Assembly: GCA_008369845.1 (NCBI GenBank)
Contig: MRSU01005191.1
Span: forward strand, 1-64,000
DNA: 64,000 nucleotides
DNA from: Trichomonas gallinae
Lineage: Eukaryota
Direction: 5' to 3'
The notes under the pieces were generated by a model. The model was not told the origin of the DNA. It saw only the letters and a program-made list of their open reading frames with translations, and searched no databases. The translations under genes were made by a program, and so were the position numbers. Below are positions 32,368-43,678 of this stretch, one piece after another (the first letter of the stretch is position 1; every line of letters begins with the position of its first letter).

Positions 32368-33126
32368 TTATTCTATGATGATGTTCCATAAGAAATCAAG
32401 CCATGTTTGTTCACTCTGTGGTGTAATTTTAGGAGTATTCATATGCCATTTTGTAAGTGGTAAAACTTCATCTGCTTGTTCCATGAATCGATCTGTCTTG
32501 TGGAAATACCAGAAAACGAAGAAACATAATATTATGATTAATGAGCAGGCAATGAAACCAAACAAAATAGTAACTTGACTTGTCTTGTCATTGTTAAATA
32601 TGAATGTATAGTTCTCTGTTGACCAATGAACACCATCAAAACTAACACTAATTGGAAATGTTCCTTCTTTTCCTTTTTGAGTTGTGCATGTAATATGTGT
32701 TGTATTTATGGTATCAGCTTCTACAATAATTGGTCCAAACCTGCAATAACCTTTGTTAGTTGTATAATTTGGCGCGTTAACATGTATTAAAGCAGTAATT
32801 TTCTCATTTCCATAAATATTTGCACTCTTTGGTGTGAATCCTTTAAGATTTGGAACTGGTTTTTCGCAAACATCGAGGCCATCACCAATATATCCTTCAT
32901 TACATCTGCACTGATCTGGTCCATAGCAATGAGCATTCAAATCACATGGTGGATTGCATGTCCAACAACCAATTTCGGAAAGTGGATCACCAAACGGATA
33001 ATCTGCTGAACATTCGCAAAATCCTGTGCCATTAATAAACGTATGTGGCCCTTTGCACTTATTGTGACGACTTGTATTCTCTTCTTTTGCTGCACTATAT
33101 ATATGAAATAGAAAAACAAAAATCAT
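32368..33126 (-). CDS. EGF-like plus IPT/TIG domain type I membrane protein
   Basis: Signal peptide; CDLNAHC...CRCNEGYIGDGLDVC (EGF); FTPKS...CRFG...ITCTT...VSFDG (IPT/TIG); TM helix. Confidence 0.88.
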   Translation of the reverse strand: MIFVFLFHIYSAAKEENTSRHNKCKGPHTFINGTGFCECSADYPFGDPLSEIGCWTCNPPCDLNAHCYGPDQCRCNEGYIGDGLDVCEKPVPNLKGFTPKSANIYGNEKITALIHVNAPNYTTNKGYCRFGPIIVEADTINTTHITCTTQKGKEGTFPISVSFDGVHWSTENYTFIFNNDKTSQVTILFGFIACSLIIILCFFVFWYFHKTDRFMEQADEVLPLTKWHMNTPKITPQSEQTWLDFLWNIIIE

Positions 33127-33518
33127 CTATATTTTTTAAATTGCCGTGTAATTATTTTACATGTCAAAAGTTTACCAAGATTTTCTTTTCAAAGTTTCAT
33201 GCTTCCAGATCTCAAATACATAAATAAATCATTAATTAAAGCATATATTTGGCTGAATCAGTATCTATTCTTAAATTATTTGAAATATATAACATATATT
33301 AAAATTGAAATAGAGCAACTCATTAGATCGCTATGCTATGATGATATAAAGCAAACTTATTGATTACAAGTTGATTTGAGAATATTTTTATATTTTCATG
33401 AATTATCCACTAAAACAGTTGAAATGTACATGTAATTTTCACATTGCTATGTAGGAGATTTGATGTGAATAACAAATCTAATATTTTATGCCAAAAAACA
33501 AACAAAAATTATTAAAAA

Positions 33519-36311
33519 TCAAAGTTTTTTGCAGAATAAGAGAAATAAATCATTGATTGTGATGATTATGTCCTTGATTTCTGTTTCGGAGCTTATCTCT
33601 GCAATGATGTCATTCATTTGCACAACTATATCTTGAGTTAATGGCTGATTTTTGTCCAATTTTTCGATGAAGTGTCTAAATTTTTGTACTGAGTTTATTG
33701 ACTTCCTGTACTTTTCGTAGTCAATGACGAATGACTTCAAATAGTCAAGCGGGAGCCTGTTCCTTACATCTATAACATTCTTAAATATGTCGTTGATCTG
33801 AGAAACACGAATAAAGTCTTCAGAATAAGAAGACTCAAGAAGAACATCCAACCTTAAGTTGATGCTTTTGATGATTTGATCATCATCAGCGTTCTGATCA
33901 ATTTCTTCTGAAGAAATAGAAAATAATCTTGTTTCTATGTCCTGGAGAGTCTTTCTGAACTTTTTGATCATCTCTTCCAAGTCAATATAACTTTTTGTGT
34001 GCTTGAAATTGTTTTCTTGTATTTTTTCCATTATTTCGAGTACATCACTTTTTGGATCAAAGTCTAGATTCGAGGCTTTGGCGAGAGCTTTTATCCTTGC
34101 TATGATTGTTCTATAGTTCGTATCCTTCTGTGTGCACTGATCATTCAGGTTTTGTATCTCTTTGTTTAACGGATCAACTTGATTTTTGTATTTTTCGATC
34201 AAAACATTTATGGAATCATGCAAATCTTTGTGCTTTATGCCTAATGGCAGCAACAGCTCCTGGCAGTGTGCTATTTCATCCTCCATTTCGCTCATCTTGT
34301 CGTAGTGAATATTATAGACGTCCTGGATCTTGTCGCACCTTTCGTCAACCAAATCTTTGTAGCCTTCTAAACTCGTAATTTTCTTTTGCGATGAATTTAG
34401 TCCTGAAAGAATATCTAGCAATTCAAGCGTTGGCCTCAGCCTCTCGTAGTTGAACTCTTCCCTCTTGTTCATATCTATGACAGTGCTCGCTGCTCTTGTT
34501 GGCTGTAGAGTCATTTTTCTCGCTCTTGATTTCTTGTTTTCATCATTCGTTTTCAAGCTGTTCGGAGCTCCATATTCTAAGATGCTTGCTCTCTTCCTTG
34601 CTGGTTTTGGTGGCTCTTCTTCCTTTTTAACTTCTTGTTCGATTATTTGCTCTTTTTTGTCTTCTTCGTGAAATTCTTTTTCGTTTTCTTGTTCAGATTT
34701 AATTATCTCTATTGGAGGTGGAAGTGAGTCTTCTTTAATAGGTTTTTGTGCCATATTAATAACATTATCAATGTTTTCACTGAATTTTGCAAAATCAAAA
34801 TCAGAATTTTCTGTTTTATTAAGAAATGTTATGAGTTTCATGTTCATATCTGTCAAAAATGTCTTGTATTGTTGAGCATGCTCTTCTTTTTGCTTGAGTT
34901 TTTCTATTTTTTCGTCTTTTTCAAGCAATTTGGCCGAAATTTCTTCATTTTCTTTCTTAACTTTTGCTAATTCATTCTTTAAATCCTCTATTGACTTGAT
35001 GTTAGTTGCATTTACCTGTTTTGCTGAATTATTTTTCTTATCAAAATCTAATTGATTTTCATAGATTTCGTTATTGAGTTCTTCCAATAGTTTATCGTTT
35101 TCCTTGATGTAAGCTGCCTGTTCATTTATCTTGTCTGACAATGATCTTATGTTTTTCTCGACCAAAAGCAGTTGTTCGAGTACATCACCTTCTGGATCAT
35201 ATTCCAGATCGAGGCAAGGCAGTATTTCTCTCAGGAACATCCTCAGGCGTGGCTCATAGTCAACTGCAGCCAGTTGTGAGCTTATCTCGCCACCAACGAA
35301 TTCCACGATTTTGCTCAATGATTTAACTTTCGGTATATCCTTTTCTTTCTTGTTTTTCTGCTCCGGGACTTCTTCTGGAATGTCTTCGTATCCTTCCTGT
35401 CTGAAGACGCAGAACTTGCTGTATATCTCGTCTATGACCCATTGCACTTCTTTCTTGAAAGATAAAATTTCATCCCAAATATGATTAACGTCATGTGAGA
35501 ATTTGAACGATGCCTTCAATGCGCTGTTGATTAAACCTATATTACCAACGATTGTCATCTTTACTCGCTGATAATCGTTTGCTGTTAAACCGCATTGAAC
35601 CAATTCGTTCCTAAACGCGTCCATTAGCACCTGCTGGAGACTATCGACATCCTTGATGTATAACTCCATGACTGAGCCCTTAAAATTGGGAAATGCAGGA
35701 TTTTGATATAATTCGAGACAACTTTTAGAAAGTCTTGAACATAACGATTTCATGCTTTGTATACATGCTGTGATTCCAGCATTTGGATGTTTTCTCTCGG
35801 AATTGTATTTTTGAATCGTTTCAAGCGATAAAATGATGCCTTGGAACCTGACACTGATCTCCGTCGTATGTGGAAGCTGTTTACGCTGTGAGAATTCGTG
35901 AATTGCAGCTACAAAAGGATCCCAAAAACTTGAGAAATCTTTCACTGTAGGAAGGACTGGACCAGTTGAAAATGCGATCCTTGAGCCTTTCTTGCGTTTC
36001 GCAGTAACATAAGTGAAGAATTGTGTGCAAGCAGCAATTAATTTTGGATAATTTGATTCTATTCCGGAAATTAATGGGCGAAGCCGACTTTGTATAACAG
36101 GAATAGCATCACTATCGTTAATTAATGTTCGTGAGTTTGCTGAAATAGAATCAATAAATTCTTTTGCTCGTAATAATGATCGAATTTCGTCTTTGATTTC
36201 TTTTTCACCTGTTTGAGTTTGTTGACTCAACGAATAACTCGGTTGTTTATCAATTTTCATTGGAGGATCAACATGTATTGAAGCATCAACATATTGATTT
36301 TTATCATTCAT
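33519..36311 (-). CDS. Large helical/coiled-coil protein (930 aa)
   Basis: ATG at 36311; long ORF with coiled-coil central and C-terminal regions. Confidence 0.85.
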   Translation of the reverse strand: MNDKNQYVDASIHVDPPMKIDKQPSYSLSQQTQTGEKEIKDEIRSLLRAKEFIDSISANSRTLINDSDAIPVIQSRLRPLISGIESNYPKLIAACTQFFTYVTAKRKKGSRIAFSTGPVLPTVKDFSSFWDPFVAAIHEFSQRKQLPHTTEISVRFQGIILSLETIQKYNSERKHPNAGITACIQSMKSLCSRLSKSCLELYQNPAFPNFKGSVMELYIKDVDSLQQVLMDAFRNELVQCGLTANDYQRVKMTIVGNIGLINSALKASFKFSHDVNHIWDEILSFKKEVQWVIDEIYSKFCVFRQEGYEDIPEEVPEQKNKKEKDIPKVKSLSKIVEFVGGEISSQLAAVDYEPRLRMFLREILPCLDLEYDPEGDVLEQLLLVEKNIRSLSDKINEQAAYIKENDKLLEELNNEIYENQLDFDKKNNSAKQVNATNIKSIEDLKNELAKVKKENEEISAKLLEKDEKIEKLKQKEEHAQQYKTFLTDMNMKLITFLNKTENSDFDFAKFSENIDNVINMAQKPIKEDSLPPPIEIIKSEQENEKEFHEEDKKEQIIEQEVKKEEEPPKPARKRASILEYGAPNSLKTNDENKKSRARKMTLQPTRAASTVIDMNKREEFNYERLRPTLELLDILSGLNSSQKKITSLEGYKDLVDERCDKIQDVYNIHYDKMSEMEDEIAHCQELLLPLGIKHKDLHDSINVLIEKYKNQVDPLNKEIQNLNDQCTQKDTNYRTIIARIKALAKASNLDFDPKSDVLEIMEKIQENNFKHTKSYIDLEEMIKKFRKTLQDIETRLFSISSEEIDQNADDDQIIKSINLRLDVLLESSYSEDFIRVSQINDIFKNVIDVRNRLPLDYLKSFVIDYEKYRKSINSVQKFRHFIEKLDKNQPLTQDIVVQMNDIIAEISSETEIKDIIITINDLFLLFCKKL

Positions 36312-36409
36312 CAATTGTCAAATTTTGATTCATGAACTAAATTAGCCTATCTATATATAGCTTGATTCTTTGGTAACAAGATATTTTACAAAAACATACG
36401 TTTATAAAA

Positions 36410-36750
36410 TATTTTGTTTATTTGTCAAATAATATATTTATTCGACAAAAATAATTTTATGTGTCAAAAATTATATTTACTTGTCATAAAAACGATATCG
36501 TTGGAAATATTCTTTTATCTGTCAAAATATCAAATTTACTTGTCAAAAACATAGTTGCTTCGTCAAAATCATATTTTATTTGTCAAATTACTTATTTATT
36601 GGTCAAAAATGTTGTTTTATCGTCAAAAATAATGTTTTATGTGTCAAAAAATTGTTTATTTGTCAAATATTAAGAATTATCATCAGAAATAGTATATTAC
36701 GTGTCAGAATTATGGTTTATGTGTCAAATTTGATGCTACATGGCAAAGAC
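36410..36750. repeat. Degenerate array of TTA(T/C)nTGTCAAA-like units
   Basis: More than ten GTCAAA-type cores about 20 bp apart (ttatttgtcaaa, ttacttgtcaaa, ttatgtgtcaaa), mostly in one orientation, upstream of the 33519..36311 gene. Confidence 0.8.
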
Positions 36751-36965
36751 TGAAACTACGAAAACATCAGATTTCAAAGAATGATTCAATCACAAATAAT
36801 TTTTGAAAAATATGTGGACATATATTTTATCGAAAATTTTTCGAAGAAGCAATTTTACTCCTCAATTATTAAAAATAACTTTTTTATTTTGAGTAAAAAG
36901 CATGTTTTGCATTTAGTTGACAACGTACTTCGTGAGTAAAAATGTACTTCAATAATTTAAATACT

Positions 36966-37379
36966 TTAATCAGACTCCTCGGCCTGGAAATCTTCATCTT
37001 CCTCATCATCCTGTGGCTCAGTTGAAGAAGCTTCCTCTTCATCGTGCTCAGCAAACATTTCGGATGAAGTGAAGATTCCTTCGAACTTAACCATGCAACC
37101 CTCTGGAATTCTAATTTCTGGATTCTGTGTATCGTAGTAAATATTTTCAATGACAACATCTGTCTGTCCTGGTTCGAATCTGCATAATTGTTCCTCCTTG
37201 TCGAAGGCGGAAATTCCGTTATCTCCCATTGAGCGGTATTTGATTGTAACGATTACTGGCCTTGAAGGATCTGGGCGATTAATTAAAATGCCTTTGGAGA
37301 CCGTAACCATCATATATTCCCTGAATTCGATCGGACTGGACTGTCCGCCATTGACTGTCATGCGAAAAATCGATGTCAT
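36966..37379 (-). CDS. Nucleoplasmin-like (NPL) domain protein with acidic tail, putative histone chaperone
   Basis: ~100-aa all-beta pattern (IFRMTVNGGQ, VTVSKGIL, LCRFEPGQ, VKFEGIF) followed by a D/E-rich tail; similarity judged by eye. Confidence 0.65.
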   Translation of the reverse strand: MTSIFRMTVNGGQSSPIEFREYMMVTVSKGILINRPDPSRPVIVTIKYRSMGDNGISAFDKEEQLCRFEPGQTDVVIENIYYDTQNPEIRIPEGCMVKFEGIFTSSEMFAEHDEEEASSTEPQDDEEDEDFQAEESD

Positions 37380-38304
37380 GAAAAAAAATGTCAGAAGGCG
37401 GTTATAATTACTGATGCGAATTTTTTCCTTTTTGTAGCATTTAAGTCAACACCAACATCCCATTTACTGAAATATTTTCAAAAGTTATGTGAAAAAAAGT
37501 CGGAAACCCGAGATTCGGAAATGATGAAATATGGTACAAATATATACACTCGTACCTTTCCTGGATTATTCGGATATTTTTCAAAAATATCCAACAAATT
37601 CTGAAATTTGCAAATTTGTTGAAAAGTCAAATCCCTCCGTCAGTTAATTATAGGATTTTCGTTATTCAAATTGTCAATGTAACAAAAATGTGAAATATTC
37701 GGCATTTTATACAACTTTCGTCAAAAAATCGAAATTTGCCAGAAAAATATTTGAATTATGCAAATTTTGAATGATGATCCAATTTTACATGTATAGAGTT
37801 TCCCTTTAATAAACAATATGCATCCAAATAAGTTAGGATATTGATGAAGGAAAATACATGACACATTTAAACTTTCTCTTTTATTGTATCGTATAGTATT
37901 TTATGTATCTATTCTATTGCTACCTTCCAATAAATCAGATATTAAATTATTGATAGGAAAATTTGAAATTTAACTGTAAAAAGAAGATAAGACGAAATTA
38001 AAATAAAATTAGTGTTTACTCATGTATTTCATACAGATGCCACTCGAGTTCTGCACGAATAACAAGAACCAGAATTGGTTTCAGATGAAAATTGATTAAC
38101 TGCCGTCGATTTTTGGATATGGCTGCTGGATACGAAATCGATGTTAGTTCTTACGTGCTCTTGTCGCAAAATCAAATTTGTTATAAAAATTTTTATAGTT
38201 TTCAAGAATTGGCCTTTTGCATGGATATTCAGATATATTTTCCATTTCTACTGTTTAAATATTTCTTTTCTATTAAAAAGTGACGCTTTGATGTTTTTCA
38301 AAAT

Positions 38305-38411
38305 TCGGTCCATTAAATAGATAAGGAAACCTATTTTCTATTTCTTAATTAAAATCAACAATGGCTCGCAAATAATGATTTTAAAAAAAAATCGGTCCAT
38401 TAAATAGATAA
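38305..38411. repeat. Exact 20-bp direct repeat TCGGTCCATTAAATAGATAA
   Basis: Copies at 38305-38324 and 38392-38411. Confidence 0.9.
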
Positions 38412-38670
38412 CTAGGTTCATATGCTATTTCTGGTGTTAAAATAAATCGTGACAAAGAATTCTCCCAAAAAGTGCCGCTGTGAAGATTTTCAAAACGTGA
38501 CACATAATCAAAAAGGTTATTATTTGCAAAAATTTTATTCGACTTTTATGGAATAAATGACAAACTCTAAAGATAGGTAATAATATTTGATTTTCCGACT
38601 TTGAACTTTCAAACAAATTAATGTTGAAAGTGAAACCGCCGGTTGTTTGGTTGCATTCTCTCAAATTACG

Positions 38671-39339
38671 ATGTCGGGAGAATTTGCCAAATTTTTAGAA
38701 ACCATGGAATTAGATCGTGCTCCAATCACGTTCATCATGTTGATCGGCAGTGTCCTGTTGATGGTACTGCAGGAGAGCAAGATTATTGATCCGCTTGCTC
38801 TTTTCTTCGATTTTGATCTAATGATGCAGGAGAAGGAATACTATAGACTCATCACTAGTTTCCTTTACTTCGGATCTTTCTCTATCGATACAATATTCAC
38901 ATTGATTACATTCACAAACTTTGCTTCCATTGTCGAATCCGAGATTTTCGGCGGAAAGATGTCCGAATTCATTGTATTCCTTCTTTACATTGCCATCCCG
39001 AACATCATTTTGTCCAATATCACAAACGAATACTTCTTCGGCCCAATTCTGACTTTGACTTGCCTCTACTACTGGTCAAAGCACTACTCTGATATGTCCT
39101 TGCACTTAATGGGCATCCCAGTCAATGTTAAGGCATCTTACGCCCCATTTGCTTACGCAGCACTCAACTATTACAAGGACGGATTCTATGCCGCGCTTCC
39201 TAACATGATTGGCATCGTTCTTGGCCATATTTTCTTTTATTTCCACGATGTTACAACCATCAGATTTGGAAAGAGATTCATCGGAGCTCCAAAGTGGCTT
39301 GATTCACTTTGCATTTCTATCAATAAATTGTTTGTATAA
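38671..39339 (+). CDS. Derlin (Der1-like) ERAD membrane protein
   Basis: ATG 38671; APIT, EYYRLITSFLYFG, KASYAPF and IGIVLGHIFFYFHDV match derlin motifs. Confidence 0.9.
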   Translation: MSGEFAKFLETMELDRAPITFIMLIGSVLLMVLQESKIIDPLALFFDFDLMMQEKEYYRLITSFLYFGSFSIDTIFTLITFTNFASIVESEIFGGKMSEFIVFLLYIAIPNIILSNITNEYFFGPILTLTCLYYWSKHYSDMSLHLMGIPVNVKASYAPFAYAALNYYKDGFYAALPNMIGIVLGHIFFYFHDVTTIRFGKRFIGAPKWLDSLCISINKLFV

Positions 39340-39430
39340 ATTTTGTATGAAAAATACTATTATTTTTATTCAGGACAATAAAATACAATACATATAATTC
39401 TATAATATATGAGATTATAATAAATCGAAA

Positions 39431-40656
39431 TTATAAAAACTTCTTATGACCGCGAACTATTCTCAATACAATTATTTGGAGGATATATAATGCAATTGTA
39501 GCAGCAGTTGATATCCATAATGATATTTTGATGTTATTTAGTAAATCTGATGAGATTTTGTTAGCATTTTGATCATTCTGATTTTCTAATTGATCATAAG
39601 ACATGAAAGTAGGATTGATTATATGCTGGTTAAACTTGCAGGAAACAACTACAACTTTTTTGAATTTAAAAATACAAGATTTTGGAGCAGAAAACGTGCA
39701 ATTAATGACAGAAAGCTTTCCATTTTGACCAGATGAAATAATATAGCCAGGAGGATAACTGCAATCTATAAATATGCTACATAAAACAATACATGGAATT
39801 GGAGCATCAGCAATGAATATTGCGGATGCTGCTCCATAAGTATCAGTATTATGCTTAGCAGATATGAAAATATTGTTGTTAATCATGCATCTGTTTGGAC
39901 CGCGAACAAAAACTGCACCATTGTACAGCATAGCCTGCGATTTCTTTATTATACAACGAGTCATTTCGAATTTAAGCGCAGCAGCTTCAAAAGCGCCAAC
40001 AGAATTCGTTGCTAAAGTTTGTGTAATATTCAAGGACTCTAAATAGCACCATGAATATGACCATCTGTAGAAAGCCGCGAATTTGTTTGATTCTGATTTA
40101 TCAATAGATGTAAAATTCATTTCAGTCGTGGAATTGATATTTTCTGCTTGATATATGGCACCACCATTCATATGTGATGAGCATGATGTAAATGATGTTT
40201 TTAGTATCGAAAGACTGTTCCTTGACCAAATTGCGCCGCCACTAACAGCAAAATTCAAGGAGAAAATGCAATTTGTTATGTTTGTTGGTACATTTGTGGA
40301 TAATGCAGCACCATTCTGTGTGATTTTGATGTTTTCGAATTTACAATCTTGAATTAAAGCTGAAGATCCTTGAACTTCGAGTCTTTGGTTAAATGTATGA
40401 TTTGTATAATCATATGAATCGAATTTTATTGCTGTATCAAGAAAATTTTTGAATTTTGATGTAGAAATTGCAATTTTTGAGAATCTTTTCGCAGAAATAA
40501 AGCCACGAAAGCTAAATTCTATATTAGATTTGGCAATATTTATAAACGAAAATCTATTTAATGTGAGATAATTGGAATTATCCCGTAGATTTTTTAAAGA
40601 AAGATATGTTAATGAAAAATTCAAGATAAAAAATGAAAATTTATAAATGCAAACAT
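39431..40656 (-). CDS. Pmp-like beta-helix membrane protein; start codon out of frame with the main ORF
   Basis: NGAAL, FSLN-FAVSGGAI, NGGAI and NGAV repeats plus a C-terminal TM helix. ATG 40656 follows a TCATT initiator but hits TGA at 40621-40623; the long ORF is in the -1 frame. Confidence 0.75.
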
Positions 40657-41081
40657 ATTAAACTTCAAATGAACCACAGATTATTAGTTACCCACAATCA
40701 AAATATTGAATTCTTTGATGAAAAATTAAGACAGTTTTAATTTAAATTGCATAAATATATAGTGTTCTTATTATTATACCAGTTCCATTATTTAATTTGT
40801 CAAAATTTTGAGTTTTTAGATTAAAATTTTTTAATTTATAAGAAAAATCAAGTAAATTTTATATAAATCGATCAAACGCTAGATTGAATTTGAACAGGGT
40901 TAAAAAAAGCATGTTGGGTTGTATGAATTCTTCTAATACAAACGGGATCAAATCTGCAAATTTCTAATATTGAACAATAAAAATCTCACGAAAACACAAA
41001 ATTTTGTAATTTTTCTGATACATACAGTAAACTAAATCCATTTCCCAAAACAACAAAAATTTCATAAAAAACATAAAAAAA

Positions 41082-42434
41082 ATGAGTGAAGGAAACTTAG
41101 AAGCGGAAATTGCTGAGACTTCGCAAATTCTGCGCGACCAGGCGAAAAACCAAGAGGAACAACACGAGAAACATTCTGCGGAAAAAAGTACTACGAAAAG
41201 TGATCATAATTCGATCAAGAAATATTTGTATGGATTTGCGACACTTTTCGTTTTAGTTCTTCTTATTATCATATTCTATCCACGTAGACCGCCGCGCTCT
41301 CCATATTTACCGATTCCGTACGTCTACGATAAAAATTATTTGGAACAGCTTAAACATTTCACTGGATTCAATGGTCATTCCAATGTTTTAATCGTAACGG
41401 GACCAGAGGGCATCGGAAAAGCAAGTGGTTTATATCATTTTGCCGAGAAAACAAATAAAACATTCAAAACACCTCTAATTCTCGATTGTGAGATCATTTC
41501 GGAGACAGCAACAGTCCACGACATCGCAAATACTTTAATAGACTTCTTAGTCAAAGGTTTTCAAGCTATCGATGGAAGACCGATTAACTTAACTATATTA
41601 TCTAAGAATATGCCAGTATTGAAATCTATCAATCTACCACCACATCCACTCGTTACAAACATCACAGATCAGAATCTCCTTAAAATCGCAAATTACGCTG
41701 CATCTCTTTTAAATCAGATAGATTCTACACCAGCATCATCAGTTTTCACATTCATGGAAATCGTTGATCAGACAACAGATTTCTTAAATACATTCGTTTT
41801 CATGATTGAACCTTCGAAATTAATCAACTTGAAAGATCGCAAGGCGCGTTTAGCAGCTGAGGGTCTTATTAGCTTCCTTAACAACTTCAGACAAGGAATG
41901 TACAAATTACCTGTTGTTGTTACTGAATCAAATATTTTATCAGCAAATGCTAAGACAACATTCAAAGATCTTACGTGGTTCAAGATCTTCCATGTTGGCG
42001 AGTTCGAATACATGGCAGGAAGAAAGATATTAGTTAACCAAGAAAGAGTTTTCCCAAAGAAACTTTATCACAGCCTTTATCAGAAATTTGGAGGATTTGG
42101 CCAGCTTTATGTTGCTGTCCACGACTTGATTCGCGAAAAAGTTCAGCTTCCTGACATAATTAAATTAATCGAATCTAGATACACGCTTATTATCGCTAAA
42201 GCAGTCCATAAGGAGGCTAATGGCGACCAACAGATCATTAATATCCGCTATAAATTCCTCCAGCAGCTCGCTAGACATGGAATCATATTTATAACTCCGT
42301 CAAACGCTGATCTTGTTAACCATTTTATAGCTCATGGCATTATTAAACTTACACCGAACATGATTGGAGTTCAGCCAATTAATCTTGTAATGAAGGCAGT
42401 TATCAATCAAGCTATTTCATATGCTAAGAAATAA
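41082..42434 (+). CDS. Membrane-anchored P-loop ATPase-like protein
   Basis: TM helix near aa 48-66; LIVTGPEGIGKAS Walker A variant; FVFMIE at the Walker B position. Confidence 0.8.
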   Translation: MSEGNLEAEIAETSQILRDQAKNQEEQHEKHSAEKSTTKSDHNSIKKYLYGFATLFVLVLLIIIFYPRRPPRSPYLPIPYVYDKNYLEQLKHFTGFNGHSNVLIVTGPEGIGKASGLYHFAEKTNKTFKTPLILDCEIISETATVHDIANTLIDFLVKGFQAIDGRPINLTILSKNMPVLKSINLPPHPLVTNITDQNLLKIANYAASLLNQIDSTPASSVFTFMEIVDQTTDFLNTFVFMIEPSKLINLKDRKARLAAEGLISFLNNFRQGMYKLPVVVTESNILSANAKTTFKDLTWFKIFHVGEFEYMAGRKILVNQERVFPKKLYHSLYQKFGGFGQLYVAVHDLIREKVQLPDIIKLIESRYTLIIAKAVHKEANGDQQIINIRYKFLQQLARHGIIFITPSNADLVNHFIAHGIIKLTPNMIGVQPINLVMKAVINQAISYAKK

Positions 42435-42558
42435 AAAGAAAATTACATTATTGTTTGCAAAAATTACATGCTTTTCTCATAGACGAATTACAAATAAAAA
42501 CAGAATATTTCAATGGATATTTTATTATTTACAATTCTATTAAAAAATAGACACAAAA

Positions 42559-43083
42559 CTATGCAAAGCCTGAATAGGCAGCACCGAATCCTTGCTGATT
42601 TGGCGTAAATTGAGGTTGTTGTGGATAATCAGCTTTTGGAGGCTGATTTGGAAATTGATTGACTTGGCGTGATTGAATGCCAACACTTTGCTTAGCATTG
42701 TTTATTATATTTTCTGGAATAACGATATCGAATTTATCAGAAACAATAAAGAATCTGTTCATTATTTGCTGGATGACAAAGTCTTGTGTAAACATTGAAA
42801 CATTGTTCTCTGTTATGATTGTTCCTTGGACTGATATATGCGCAAAATTCATAAACTGATTTACAGTGTAACTTGCTATTGCAAACTGAGAGTCTGGAGT
42901 GAGTTTAATAGGAAGATCGTTAATGCATTTAGCTATTGGGAGTCCTTCTGGAGAATTGAATTCTGGTCTATAAATAATAGCTGATTCAATATAAAACTTG
43001 ATCAGTTCATTCGGCTGGTAAACCATGACCGGGTAGTAAGCTTTAATGAAGTACTTCGCGAATTCGATACTTTGGCTCGTCAT
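42559..43083 (-). CDS. NTF2-like domain protein (G3BP/Nxt-like) with Q/P-rich tail
   Basis: FIKAYY...LIKFY, ISVQG, FTQDFVI, FFIVSDKF. Confidence 0.85.
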   Translation of the reverse strand: MTSQSIEFAKYFIKAYYPVMVYQPNELIKFYIESAIIYRPEFNSPEGLPIAKCINDLPIKLTPDSQFAIASYTVNQFMNFAHISVQGTIITENNVSMFTQDFVIQQIMNRFFIVSDKFDIVIPENIINNAKQSVGIQSRQVNQFPNQPPKADYPQQPQFTPNQQGFGAAYSGFA

Positions 43084-43678
43084 ATAATTAAAATGTCACG
43101 TTTTTAAATATTTTTGGCAAATATCAAATTTATTTGGCAAATGTCAAATTTATTTGGCAATTTTTTTTGTTTTTGATTTTCATCATTATCTAATATATAG
43201 ATCAAACCATAATGGGTTACATAATAAACCAATAGATGTAGTTATTGATAATAGCAATAAAATTCTATCCTAAATAGAAAATAAACAAAAATATTTCAAT
43301 TAAAAATTAAAATTGTTAGATTGATTAAAGTATTAAATTTTTGCATTAATCTATAGAAAAATAGTTTATTTCAAGAAAAATGGTATCGCATTTAAATTAA
43401 CAAATAATATAAAATAATTTTCTTGAATGGAAAGATTCAAAAAGTGTAATAAAGTTTGATTATGCTCAACGTATACTTTTGAAATGTTAAGATGATAAAG
43501 AATAATATTAATGTAAATAATATGAATTTTGAAATTGTAAAAAAATAACTAATTAAATGTAATTATATCGAACTGTTGGATGAAAATTAGTGCTATTAAG
43601 GTGTGAGAACTCATGTTGTCGTAAGAATTATAAAATAATTAATATTTGTTGAACGGAAATATCGTATAACAAAAGTAG

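Noticed and set aside
37521..37604. ATGATGA...CTGA as a box C/D snoRNA, containing a 21-bp palindrome at 37572-37592
   Set aside because: No convincing terminal stem or 10+ nt rRNA guide that I can verify; both boxes are common in AT-rich DNA.
38075..38172. Minus-strand resemblance to U4 snRNA (TTTTGCG start, GTTAATC, AATTCTGG)
   Set aside because: No kink-turn and the spacing is wrong; kept only as a generic structured-RNA candidate.
36410..38411. Short repeats with spacers as a possible CRISPR array
   Set aside because: Eukaryotic context, degenerate or only two copies, and no cas genes.
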